DNA from: Octopus sinensis
Taxonomy: Eukaryota
Assembly: GCF_006345805.1 (NCBI RefSeq)
Contig: NC_043011.1
Span: 15,078,464 to 15,142,463, forward strand
Length of the DNA stretch: 64,000 nt
Reading direction: 5' to 3'
The stretch's first letter is position 1. Each line of letters begins with the position of its first letter. Below are positions 12,850 to 26,029 of this stretch, piece after piece. A program made the position numbers and the translations under genes. Under the pieces are notes generated by a model. It was given only the letters and a program-made list of their open reading frames with translations, was not told the DNA's origin and did not search any database.

Positions 12850-13325
12850 ATAAAGGTTCTAATGATCCGGCAAATATGCTCCATAATTTAGTCTCTAGTG
12901 CTATTAGCTGCAGATTGTCCCTAACTTCAGTCGTAGACACTTTAAAGGATTTTACAATATCTTTGGAATTCTATAATGAAACGTTTGGTCGTTATCTCCT
13001 ACATGTAGGAATAGAAGCAAGAAACTTCTGCGGTATAATCAATTTTTCGGCTTGATAGTTCTTGCGAATATAGCGAAAGGATTATTTGAGCTAATCTAAC
13101 TTCATTTTACAAGACAAAAGAGCTCTTATCTTTAATGGTAATTCAATCTTAGTTTCTTGCATTTCCAGTTGAAATTTCAGTAGGTTTATTAATTTAATTA
13201 TTGTCAAACATCAGTCAAATAATAGTAATTCCATCACTAATAGCAGGTGCAATTGTAAATTCTTTCAAAACTGCCTGTTTCATAGAAATTGTATTGCCAC
13301 TTCATTACTGTTCTGCGCCATGATA
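12850..13325 (-). pseudogene. Possible heavily decayed hAT (Charlie/Buster-like) transposase fragment
   Basis: Stop-interrupted frame ...KLINLLKFQLEMQETKIELPLKIRALLSCKMKL...DNLQLIALETKLWSIF loosely resembles hAT C-terminal regions. Confidence 0.3.
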
Positions 13326-15372
13326 GAATTAAACGATAGTTTACAGAGAAAATGCTACGCCGGAGTGACAGAAAACGAATTTAAGACAATATTTCACTTG
13401 AACAATATTTTATTTAATACCGAACTCCTGAAACATATTTAGGGATTAGGGTAAAATAGCGACAGCCATTTTAGTATAGACTGGTCCATCCTTCCTTTCG
13501 TACAAACAAATAAGAGAAGCTAAGTCGTCACACACTAGCTTTATGGAAAATATTTCTGCTTTGCTGCAGAACGAGAATAACTTCAATTCGAAGAGCAATA
13601 TCCATATTAATTATTCATATAAATCGAAGCAAGTTGCTAAGTAATTTTCATGAGAAAGGTCTGGATCTGTGTGAAAAAATTTCCCAGTAGGAAGATTCTG
13701 ATATTTTTAATCTAAGTTTCAATCTTTGTTTTTCCTTAACCCACCTCTTCTCTGTTTCAATTTGTAGAGTATTTTTTATTACCAAAATGTTTTTATTACT
13801 GAAAAGCCAATTTGGAGCATATTCTCAAATTGAAGTTTATTTTCTTTTTCTCACTAGGTATTGCACTAAATCATTTTCTCACAAATCCTGTCTTTTCCTA
13901 TTTCTTGCATTTTGTTATACTTGATCATGAACGACGCTTTGTGAATCGTCTAAGATAGCTTTAGTTAAGATGGCGGATTTTGCTCTAGAATTAGAGAAGT
14001 AAAACTCAGTCACGAACTTTGAAGTTTCTGCTTAATAATTATATTCTGACTGTTTATTCTCGGTATCGAGTTCTCTTTTATTTTCTACTCGTCTACAATG
14101 AAGTTTTCTCATTCACAAATACAAAGACACAAAAATATACACATGTATATGCACATATATTTATAAAGACACTCTTCTTATTCTTCCCCCTCACTCTCTC
14201 TCTCTTTGTCTCTGTCTCTCTCTATATATTTATCTAATATATATATTCATATATATGCCTAAATCTATATGTAGATGTATATATATATATAAATAAATGA
14301 ATATCTACCTATGTGCACATAGTATATGTAAATATGTATATATATGTCTATTTATGTTTGTATGCATGCACGTATGTACATATGTATGCATATATGTATG
14401 CATATATGTATGCATGTATGTATGTATATATGTATGTCTGCATGTATGTATGTATGTATGTATGTAAGTATGTATGTATGCATGCATGTATGTATGTATG
14501 ACGGTATGTATATATAAATCTACGTATACGTGTAAACCGCCGCTGTTAAAAACCATTAGAACAATTTCAAATCATTTCTTCCAATAAATATTCCTTATTG
14601 CTTTAAAATTGTTCACTTTTCCTAATTGATTTCATTTAAAGTGTTGTTTATTCTGAGTCTTCAAATACAATATATATAATTAGCTTACTTTGGTTTCCCT
14701 TGTAATAATTATATTACTTCGTTTAATTTAGTTTAAAACAATTGCCCTGAAAAATATTGAAGCAAGAACTATTTCCCTTATAAAGGAACTATGGAGTAAT
14801 ATATTACTTGTTAGACAAGACGGTAGGTTGGTACTTTTTTTGTTTCTAGTGTTACTTGGAATGGTAAGACAGTCTTAGCATTACATGGACATGTACTAAT
14901 ATAGGATGAAACTTTTTTGAAGTTTATTTCCCGTTAAATGATCGTTGTATTATTTGTTCGAACGACGGAAACTTCTACACGAGGTCGCTGCTTATTCTAC
15001 AGAGACTGAACCCTTTCATAAACTTTGTGCGGAACTATGACATAGCTGGGCTTGGAATCATTGTTACTGTCATTCCGATGGGGGTCCATATTTATTTCGT
15101 ATACCTCTTGATGGTTCTAAAACCTCCTCCATCTAAAACATTTTCATGCAGCCTCCGTTTACTAATTTTCCCTTTGACAAGTTCAGAGTAAACGCGAATG
15201 TATAACACAAGACAAACACCGCGTTGAACAATGGGGGAAAACCAAGGGTAGTATGATGGCGAATCGTAATTCTCGACCAAGATCAGTCGGCTATTTTTAT
15301 ACCCTAATCTCATAAAAGCCTGCACACGCATGAATATATATCGAGGTCTCATTCTTTTGTTGTTATGCATAT

Positions 15373-15760
15373 TCAGGAGTGGCTGTGTGGTAAGTAGCTT
15401 GCTAAGCAACCAAATGGTTCAGGGTTCAGTCCCACTGCGTGGCATCTTGGGCAAGTGTCTTCTGCTATAACCTCGAGCCGACCAAAGCCTTGTGAGTGGA
15501 TTTGGTAGACGGAAACTGAAAGAAGCCTGTCGTATATATGTATATATATATATATATATATAACCGCTAAGCATTGCTTGACAACCGATGCTGGTGTGTT
15601 TACGTCCTCGTCACTTAGCGGTTCGGCAAAAGAGACCGATAGAATAAGTACTGGGCTTACAAAGAATAAGTCCCGGGGTCGATTTGCTCGACTAAATGCT
15701 GTGCTCCAGCATGGCCGCAGTCAAATGACTGAAACAAGTAAAAGAAAAAAGAGAAAAGAG
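15373..15760 (+). mobile_element. SINE family B
   Basis: aggagtggctgtgtggtaagtagcttgc...gggttcagtcccactgcgtggcatcttgggcaagtg...cagtcaaatgactgaaacaagtaaaaga. Confidence 0.92.
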
Positions 15761-16410
15761 AAATATGAAAGAGGGAAGATGGATGGAAGATACGAGAATT
15801 TTTATTAATCACTACCATTTTTTCGACCCATCTAGAATCGGTCCCTCACTAGTGGGATACTTAACAACTGGTTCAGGAGCATCTGACAGTATAGATGTGT
15901 CTCTTCAGGTGATAAGTAGATATAACTCGTTAAAATAGCAGTTCCGCAATGTATCTTCTCAGTTCCTGTAAAAAAAATGACAAACAGCAAATTAAAGGAT
16001 ATAGCTTCATTTATATAGAAGATCAATAAAGAAATAACAAATTCAAAAGAGAAACGAACACACACTACAGCGAAAAAAGTATTAAATATAACCGTTAACG
16101 GATACAGATGTATAAACGCCCTCGCGTAGGCTGTATAGTGCATGTACACTTGCTCATACAAGATTTCCCGAAGATGTAAGCATAGGCACACGTGTATTTT
16201 GGTATACATACGTTCACGTAGAGAATTAAATAGCTGGTTGGTGTTTATGAGAATGGGGAGGTTAGAACTAAATTTAATTCATCCATACCTTAAGGTGAAT
16301 TATGTTAAGTTACTCAAATTCATTCCCACTACATTGTGCGAAAGTGTATTTATATGAAGGTAAGCATCTTGAGAGTCTTTCAGAAATTCTATTAATGATC
16401 TCATTGGTCG

Positions 16411-16486
<76 letters not shown>

Positions 16487-16864
16487 ATATGTATGTATGT
16501 ATGTACGTATGTATGCATGTATAAACAAGAGAAATGTAATTGATTGCCTCATGTGTATATATTTAATCTGATGTGTACCTGTTGATGACGATTTCACCTA
16601 GCAAATTATCCTATTTGCTAAACTAAAATAATAAACCAATTGGCCCAGGAAACTAGATGGTAAAAGTGTTTGTTTTTCATTTCGTTCCTTTCGGAATTTT
16701 ATCCCTAATTTTGTGGTTTTAGAACCTGTCTGTTCTTTCTAGCGTGATGAATCCCATGAGTAATACATAGTCTTTGGACTAAATTTTTACACGCTAGGCC
16801 ACTGGAAGTGAAAATTTCTGTTAATTTCCATTTCCCTTCGATATGATGATACATATATATATAT

Positions 16865-16901
<37 letters not shown>

Positions 16902-17708
16902 TAACAGTAAGATATGTATTACGTTGAAGTTACCAAATGTAATGCACAGGGTCACAAAATGTCATCATATGTCATATACGAATGCAAGTTTCTCACGTTG
17001 GAGTCACCAGTTGTAGCGATCAGATGAAAAGTTACTTGATGTAGCAATAGCATTTCTTGTTTCGCCTCTGGTCACTGTATGTATATGGTCGAAAGTAGGA
17101 TGAGACAGCGTAATAACAACATCGAACCGACGAAAATGTCTCCCATTTGTATATTGAATGTAACAGTTTGAGAGAAGAATTTTCAGGTTTACTTCCAACA
17201 GTATGAAGATCTTCAGTTGGTGCGAAGACTTTAGAAGTTTTGCGCTTTTGTTATGTACTCCTAACCATAAATTATGAGAGTCATTAGAAGGTTTTATTGA
17301 GTATCTTGCCGTATTTATTCCGACTATCTGATCTTTGAATTCAAATCTTTCTGAGATCAACTTTGCCGTTCATCTTTTCAGGATCGATGAAAATGCATCA
17401 ATCCAGGGCCATCGAATTACCGAATGGATTGATTATCGAATAGATGTCTTGAGATAGCTGTCCCAACTGCTATTTCTGAGTTCAAACCATACACCGCTAC
17501 CGAAAAACGGTGACAATTTTTTTCAGGAGATGCAGCCGTGAGATAGTGTCAGCAATTTGGAAAACCAACGGAAATACAGCTGCCTTGTTTCAGTTAGAAG
17601 ATTTGAAGATTGACTGCTGCCACCTGTGCATGTTGTGTAAATTTCGATAATTTCTTTTGAATAATAATAAATCTTAGAGCGAGTTATAAACAGTAGCTGC
17701 AACACATC

Positions 17709-17829
17709 GTGACGTATATTTGCCATTTAAATATGGCTAACCCCTAAGGGTGGATGCTACTGGGGCTATAAACTACAGTAGCATCCACCCTTAAGGGTTA
17801 GCCATATTTAAATGGCAAATATACGTCAC
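17709..17829. repeat. Near-perfect inverted repeat (54-bp arms, 1 mismatch, 13-nt loop)
   Basis: 17709-17762 is the reverse complement of 17776-17829. Confidence 0.95.
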
Positions 17830-19050
17830 TTCTTAATAATGTATTCGACCATTCCTATAGTTTGTGTGCATATGTTTCATGCAATATAATTTATGTGTAG
17901 TTTGTGTTTCTGGGTGTTACTTCGCTTGAATACTTTACAGTGCATTTATTTCTGCATTTTTCTATAAGCTGGTGTTCTAAATTATTTCAAGGAGTAAAAT
18001 CTAGATTCCGTGGAAAAGGTGAGAATCAGCATAAGCCATCAACGATAATAAAAGGTGTCATTTTCTTTCTCGCAAACGTGTGGTCTGCCCTGTAACGTCA
18101 GATTTCTGTTCTCCCTACGGCGATCGAAGTTATCGAAATTCATGAACTTCAATGGTAATAAAATACAGGTGAGTTTGTCAGTAAGTTTGGTTGCCCTGAA
18201 GAATAAAACAACCTAAATTATTTCCATATCTACTATTGGTCGGCTTTTGTTTTATTATATTAATTTCCTTTTTAAGTGCTTTTCACTAGAGTTTCTAGAA
18301 CTGACATTTTATATGCATGTGGACATTTACTACCTGTATGCATGTATTGGAATTTATTTGTGGTTTTATGTATACCGATATGTGTTAGTCCATATCCTTA
18401 CATTTATATACAGAAATATGCTTATCGAATCACCTGAATTTTTACCTAAGCTGAATTTGATGCTAAAGCAAAGAATATAGTTATTTTTCACGTTTCTTTC
18501 TGAGTTTGTTAAGATTTTTCGAGTCTCTTCATAGCAATAAAGATATATTTGTCATCCACGTATCTGATGTAACATGCGAGTTTATTGATTTTTATGACTA
18601 TATTTTATACTAGAAAAATACCCGGCGGCAGTGGAAAATAAAATATTCAGCAATGGGTCAGATCGTCACAAGGCGAATAATCTGAAATCTGCATAAACTT
18701 AGTATTTAAAATACAATGTTTATATCATTTGTAACAAATCCAAACGGTTTACTTTGACTTCTTAAAATATTGCCTCGGTTGCAATACCCTACTCTAAAAG
18801 GGAATATGACAATGTCATTCCGGCCGCAACAGCTCAACCAACATATTTTAATTACTTAAATACAACATATATGAAATGTATATCAATATGTATGTATATC
18901 AATATACATATAAACATACTTTTATACATGTATGCATGCATGTATATACGTATATATACGCTGTTGTTGTTTGTTCCTTCTCGAGCCACCCCTGGCTCAT
19001 AATGTGTATATATATATACTAAAGAGAGAGTATATATATATATATATATA

Positions 19051-19464
19051 CTCTCTCTTTACTCTTTTACTTGTTTCAGTCATTTGACTGCAGCCATGCT
19101 GGAGCACCACCGTTAGTCGAGCAAATCGACCCCAAGTCCTTTTCTTTGTAAGCCTAGTACTTATTCTATCGGTCTCTTTTGCCGAACGGCTAAGTTACGG
19201 TGACGTAAACACACCAACATCGGTTGTCAAGTGATGTTAGGTGGGGACAAACACAGACACAAACACACACACGCATATATACATACATATACATATATTC
19301 GACGAGCTTCTTTCAGTTTCCGTCTACCAAATCTACTCACAAGGCTTTGGTCGGCCCGATGCTATAGTAGAAGACACTTTCCCAAGGTGCCACGCAGTGG
19401 GACTGAACCCGGAACCATGTGGTTGGGAAGCAAGTTACTTACCACACAGCCACTCCTGCACCTA
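19051..19464 (-). mobile_element. SINE family B
   Basis: Full-length reverse complement of the family B pattern, including the (GTAAAAGA)-type tail. Confidence 0.92.
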
Positions 19465-19514
19465 TATATATATATATATATATATTTATGGATAGATAGA
19501 TATCTGAGTTTTTA

Positions 19515-19745
19515 TGATTGTTTATAGAAGATTATATTCTTTTCTACTCTAGGCAGAAGGCACGAATTTTTTGAGGAGGGAGCCTGTCGATTAGATTGAC
19601 ACTAGTGCGCAACTGGTACTTAATTTACCGACCCCGAAAAGATGAGAGACTCCCGATAGGATGAACTCAGAACGTAAAGATAGACGAAATAACGCAAAGC
19701 ATTTCGCCCGGCGTGCTAACGTTTCTGTCAGCCCATCACCTTATA
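19515..19745 (-). mobile_element. SINE family A2 (A body, different tail), decayed
   Basis: ttttctactctaggcagaagg...aactggtacttaatttaccgaccccgaaa...gcatttcgcccggcgtgctaacg. Confidence 0.75.
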
Positions 19746-20013
19746 GAAGAATATATTAATTAATGAAATTCCAGCTTAGTCTGATTGTCTGATTGTCAAG
19801 TTTTATTACTACCTTACTTAGCTCGTAGGCAACGCTTTCCCGTGATTAGAAAAAATGAGAGAGAAAGAAAAGTGTGGAAGAGAAAAAGAGAGAAGCGTCC
19901 ATGAGGTGAGGTGGCGGGAATGCAATTGTAACGCTTATCAAGTGATTAGTTGAAGGGAAATAGAGGAGAAAGAGAAAGGAGAGAGGAAAAGGACATAAGG
20001 CAAAGAGTGAAAC

Positions 20014-20057
<44 letters not shown>

Positions 20058-21179
20058 TGACCTGTAGTAGAGGAAGCGTAATATATATTATGTGGTTTAA
20101 AAAGCTAGTCGAACGTAGTGATATAGAGAAAGAGAGTTAGAAATATAATTTTAGCAGAGGGGTGATGTTCTGATGGTAAGATTAAAGAAAGGCTGAGTGA
20201 GAGGGGGAGAGAGAGCAGGGGGAGAGGAGGGAGAGAGGGGAGAGGAGGGAGATGATGGTAGTGGTGGTGCGTGGATAGTAAAAAATGTTTTTTTATATAT
20301 CTATCACTTAACACATGCACATAAGTGCAATTCCGTGAAATATTCACGTTTATTTACAAGGCAGATATATGCAATTAACTAAAGGTTGTACCACATGTAC
20401 GGGATAATTTTCTTGTTTATGGGAAAAATGGGAATATAAGAGGGAATAATATTTTATGAGTCTGTGTATTAAATCTATAAAATTGTGCATAAAATATATA
20501 CAATGTATATATAAAGTGCATTAAGTAATCATCGTATTCCAGTTTCTCTTACTTTTTAATGAACAGCAGTATAGAGTCACTGGACTCAATACTCTAAATG
20601 TAAACTCTAAAACCTAAACTTAAACCTTAACACTAAACCTAATTTTTGCTTGTAAAATTGTATCCTACTTGTGAAACAATAAAAAAAGGGAGAATTGACA
20701 AAATTGGTGATATCTTGCAGTGGATTGTGTCCTTGATGATGGAAGCTACAAGAGCTAGCAAGAAGTAAAATAAATTGGAATGTTACTTTTTACGGAATCA
20801 TAACGAAACTCTTTTCCTAAATTCACCAATATATATTGATTATATCTATATAATTTATACGAAACATATATCGTTTAATACACGTGCTGACATTGTTGTG
20901 CTGCTAAGAATATCGATTCGTTATCACTTGGTTTCAGATTTATTCCATTCAAAAATCTTGCCAAAATCCTTATAGTTAACACATTAATCTAGCATTGGTA
21001 AAAGAATACAATTCTGAATTAAAAAAGAAAATAATTTTAAGAGAAAATATATTTATTTGTTTGAGAGTTTCGGGATTCCGAGTAGAGGAAAAGAAATTTG
21101 TTTATCTATATTTATACACGGAAATAGACATACACAACACACAGACACACATACACCAACATATATATTTAAATATTAC

Positions 21180-21335
21180 AAAGTTTGGTGAAGTGTGAAG
21201 AATGTAAACGCATTCCTTCTCTGGATTTGATTTGCCGAAAAAAAGAGTGGAGTTTCTTGACAGACCGTTTCACGATTTGTTGATCGCTTCTCGGGGAAGG
21301 CGCACTCTGCTTTCTCCGCCAATCAGTAGTAAAAG
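21180..21335 (-). CDS. Candidate symmetric phase-1 exon (156 nt), FTTDWRRKQSAPSPRSDQQIVKRSVKKLHSFFRQIKSREGMRLHSSHFTKL; product unknown
   Basis: Acceptor ttccttatacttcatctacag, donor gtaata; open frame; phase-compatible with 21429-21509 across a 93-nt intron. Confidence 0.35.
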
Positions 21336-21428
21336 CTGTAGATGAAGTATAAGGAATGTAAATACATTATTTGTATCCTACTGATATGCACAAAAATATA
21401 AGAAAAGAGGTGGGAGTTTCCTGATTAC

Positions 21429-21509
21429 CTGTTTTATTCACTGACATGCTCCAGGCTCTGGAATTTTCTTGCCGCCTTTTTTTTACCATTAATATAATGG
21501 CTTTTGTTC
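21429..21509 (-). CDS. Candidate symmetric phase-1 exon (81 nt), TKAIILMVKKRRQENSRAWSMSVNKT; product unknown
   Basis: Acceptor agcttttag, donor ACAG|gtaatc; one open frame. Confidence 0.3.
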
Positions 21510-22601
21510 CTAAAAGCTACTACTACTGTGTATATCACCCCTTCCCACTCATTACTCAAAATCTGTTCACTCTTGTTATGTGGACCGCCAGAAGCCGCAG
21601 TACACAAGTTCTTCCTACTTACAATGTCGTCCCTATGCAAATCTCTCCCTGCTCATGCCTTTCCTGCAAATGTTATCGCTCAAATATTCAACAGAATAAA
21701 TAACGACATCACTCTTTTCTAGCTGGACCTGCGCATGCTCCTTCCTTCACAATTTGATGAATAAATAAATAAATAAATAAAAACAACACCCTAAAGAATT
21801 CAAATCCATGTGCAATCATATATGTAGTCTAACCTTGGCTTTCAATTCTTGGAATATGGATGTTTCATTCACTTTTTAAATCCGGTGAAACCCATTTCTC
21901 TCTAGTTTAAGCCACAGCTGACGTCTTCAAGAAGAAAAAACTGACAGAATAATGGTAAACAGAAAGACTAGAATCAATTCCAGTAAAGATTAATCTACTG
22001 ATCTCCGTAAAAATCAATTTATTGAATCACAAATTTGAACACGGTGTGATTTGAACTAAGAGTGTAGAAAACTGGAACAATTGCAATATCTTTGCTATCT
22101 AACCAGAGGTGATTGCCGTTTCGTTGTGCTTACTCATTGCCAGTGACATTTCTGACATTCCATTCATGTTCAGTCCCATTCCAGATCTGGATGTTTGGCG
22201 CAAAGATGTCAGATAAAAGTTGATAACTTCCACTGGATTGAGCAGATCACTTTGTGGGATAAGGCATTCCCCGATCAAAGTTTAAAATGTTTTTGACTTG
22301 CAGCTGAACATTCTCACTGGTTTCAGTAGATGAAATGATAAATGAGGTTAATATAAGTAGACATCCACGTCATTGGGTTATAGAGATAAGCGCTTGTACA
22401 ACAAGAGTACACACACTCACGGATACACACACGGACGCACACACGGACACACATACACACACATTGCATGTCAACTGTAGGAAATTCTTGATTGTTCTCC
22501 CTCTGTAAAGTGGATCTGGTATGAATATTTGTTAATTATGACAAAGGCGGAGTTTCTTTTTAATAAACTAAGAATTTGCGTTATGCCGTATGATATTTAT
22601 G

Positions 22602-22833
22602 AAGGCGGCGAGCTGGTAGAAACGGTAGCCCGCCGGGCGAAATGCTTCGCGGTATTTCGTCTGCCGCTACGTTCTGAGTTCAAATTCCGCCGAGGTCGGC
22701 TTTGCCTCTCATCCGTTTGGAGTCGATTAAATAAGTACCAGTTACGCACTGGGGTCGATGTAATCGACTTAATCCGTTTGTCTGTCCTTGTTTGTCCCCT
22801 CTGTGTTTAGCCCCTTATGGGTAGTAAAGAAAT
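22602..22833 (+). mobile_element. SINE family A1, full length
   Basis: aaggcggcgagctggtagaaacggtagc head, gagttcaaattcc B-box-like motif, A body and A1 tail. Confidence 0.9.
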
Positions 22834-23009
22834 AGCTATTTGGGAAGAGGTCATGCGAAGAAGGAACGGGGTCGAACAAATCGACATGAGTCCTGTTTTG
22901 TAATTTTGATACTTATGCTATTGGTCTCTGTTGCCAAATCGCTTGGGTACAAACCGCAGCAAATCAAAACTTGTCGAGACTGAACACAGGCAGAAAGACA
23001 CAGATATAA

Positions 23010-23165
23010 ATATGACAGGCTTCCGCATAGTTTCCGTTTACTAAATTCATTCACGCGTCATTGGTCCGCCCGGAGCTATAGTGGAAGACCCTTGTCCAAA
23101 ATGCCGCACAGTGGGACTATCCCCAAAATCAAAGCTAACTTCTTAACTACACAGACATGCCTGCT
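23010..23165 (-). mobile_element. Decayed 5' half of SINE family B
   Basis: gtttccgtttactaaattc...gctatagtggaagacccttgtccaaaatgccgcacagtgggact. Confidence 0.6.
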
Positions 23166-23166
23166 C

Positions 23167-23500
<334 letters not shown>

Positions 23501-23516
23501 ACATCCATCTATCTAT

Positions 23517-24294
23517 GTGGGACGAGTCGGTTTATCAGCTGAGTCTATCGTCAATATTGTCACGCCTCCTTCCTTCAAACGGGAAGGAAGAGCTATTTTC
23601 ATCATCCTTGTGGCTATGGCGAAAGAATGTATCTGGTGGACGCGTCTGAAAGGATTGGAGACAAACACTTTCCTCTCTGGTAAATCTCTCATCAACTTCT
23701 TCAAGTACCACTTGAAAAGGAAAGTGAGAGTAGAGAGGCAAGTTTTGTCTAGCGAATGTTTTAAAAAATGATGGGTGAATGTAGCAAGGATGGCACATAT
23801 GAATGACGAAGCCACCTTGAGCATAATCCTATGAACCCAGAAATTGAAAAGAGAGGGTTACCCACTTGCAAACAAATGTGGTAACATATAACAATATTGA
23901 CCAAGGTTACCGTGGTCTTTTTCGTAGGCTTTTCTTCCCACGGATAAACCTTACTTGCTTTCCCCTTTACACCATATATCATAACACTGTGATACACGAT
24001 CCCTATTGATGGTTTTTTTCCTCTTCTCCTTTTTTCCCCCTTTTTACTTCTTTTTCATTTCTCTTTTCTTTTGTTCCTTTTCCTTTTCTTTTTTTTCATT
24101 TTTATTTAATTTTTTTATTTTATTTATTTATTTTTGTTCTTTTCTTCCCTTTTACGATCCCTCTTGATCGAAAAACTACGCCACGCCCCTTTTTTTGTTT
24201 CTTTTGTTTTTTGTTTTTTTCATCCCCCAAAAGAAAAGCTCTACCTTGTAACTTGTCCCATCTGTGTGCAGTCCTGTTTGGCCAATAAAGAAAC
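23517..24294 (+). mobile_element. Tx1-clade (L1 group) LINE, 5'-truncated: ORF2 C-terminus, T-rich 3' UTR, tail
   Basis: LVAMAKECIWWTRLKGL...LINFFKYHLKRKVRVERQVLSSECFKK*WVNVARM matches the AKxxIWxTR...RVE...F...W pattern of Tx1 ORF2 ends. Confidence 0.7.
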
Positions 24295-24605
24295 TTATCT
24301 ATCTATCTATCTATCTTTCTATCTATCTTTCTATCTATCTATCTATCCATGTATCCATCTATCCATCCATGTATCCATGTATCCATCCATCTATCCAGCT
24401 ATCCATCTATCCATCCATCTATCCATCCATCTATCCATCCATCTATCCATCTATCCATCCATCTATCCATCTATCCATCCATCTATCCATCCATATATCC
24501 AACTATCCATCCATCTATCCATCCATCTATCTATCTATCTATCCATCCATCTATCCATCCATCTATCCGTCCATCTATCTGTCTGTCTATCTGTCTGTCT
24601 GTCTG
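24295..24605. repeat. (ATCT)n/(ATCC)n/(GTCT)n compound array
   Basis: Direct reading. Confidence 0.95.
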
Positions 24606-24933
24606 TCACTTTCAGTTGCCTTCTTTTCCCATCATGCATACTTCTAGTGGTCTTTTCCATCGCTATGTTGGCGTATTTCACAATCATCGCTCTTTTATGC
24701 ATAACTGTGTAATACATCACCGTGTTGATTAAATATGCAAAACAGTTTTTGTTTCAGAGTTCTAAGGACCCAAAATGAACTGGAAATTACTTTAGGCAAG
24801 AGGGCTTGTAATTAAAAATACATTAGTCGAAACTTTTCATGTCCACAATGGACTCTTTTTTCCTGAAATTGCAGTACACATATTATACATATTATATAGA
24901 TGGTAACTCTGATAGTATTATATATTATACGTC

Positions 24934-25152
24934 AAGGCGGCGAACTGGAAGACACGTTAGCGCGCCGGGCGAAATGCTTAGCGGTATTTTGTCTGTCATT
25001 ACGTTCTGAGTTCAAATTCCGCCGAGGTCGACTTTGCCTTTCATCCTTTCGGGGTCGATAAATAAAGTACCAGTTTCGCACTAGCGTCGATGTAATCGAT
25101 TTAATCCCTTTGTCTGTCCTTGTTTGTCCTCTTTGTGTTTAGCCCCTTGTGG
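24934..25152 (+). mobile_element. SINE family A1
   Basis: Head, body and tail as 22602-22833. Confidence 0.9.
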
Positions 25153-26029
25153 GACAGTTATTTGCTCCACACTCCATTGGTGAAAATTATTTTGACTTCT
25201 CTCCTAGGTAGAAATCCTACCCACTTAATCGCTCCTAAAATCTCTTAGACTTGTTTTATTAACTTACATTTTTATTCTCTTAATGTTTTAATGATATTCT
25301 GCAAATATTTGGAGAGTTACTTAGAGAAATGATGAATTACGAAAAAGTTGTTTGTGAATATTTACAGTTCTTTAGGTATAAGCAGGAATAATTTTTCAGA
25401 GTGGTAAATGGAAAGTTATCTCTGCGTGTGCTGTAGAATTAAAATTAACTTTTAACTGAAATGCGCTAGCTTTCTTAATTCTTATTAATTTACTTTTATC
25501 ATTTAGTACAATGTTAATTTTTTAATGCTTTTATCTTTGTCTATAATGACGAATAAATTACTCTTATCGGTTTTCTGCATTACGATTTTATGATTGTTTT
25601 TTTTAGAAGATATAAAGATTCGTGATAAATACATTTTTATGGTTGCATTATATATCATAATTTTGTTTTAATCTCTAATGTACTTTTGAGAGTGGTGAAG
25701 TAGTTCGTATTCATCTTTGCGTATTAGGCAAATATTCTTTTTTGGCAGATGTTGCAAAATTCGAGAAATGAGATTTCGCGTTTTGCTAATCATGACACTG
25801 AAACTATTGCGGTTTCATATTTTCTCAAGTTTTTAGCCCATGTTTTGCATGAAAGTTTGTGGAGGAATACACACAAAAAAATCTAAGTGGAGGTAATTGG
25901 TGATTGTTTTTTTTTCGGGACAGGGGAGGTGGAATAAATTAACATAAAGCCATGATTTAAAGTAATGAGATGAAATATGTACAGTAATGGATATACGATC
26001 CTGAATTAAAATATATAGAGACCAAAGTT

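Noticed and set aside
17004-17360. 118-aa ORF as a gene (likewise 15092-15409, 15832-16209, 36276-36605)
   Set aside because: No recognisable motif, non-ATG starts or SINE overlap, and no consistent splice or phase support.
18100-18168. Plus-strand first exon ending MNFNGNKIQ|gtgagt
   Set aside because: Perfect donor and some CpG, but no other promoter evidence or linked downstream exon.
18608-18640. Helitron/Helentron start (tactagaaaaatacccggcg)
   Set aside because: Only a short motif; I found no partner subterminal repeat or 3' hairpin.
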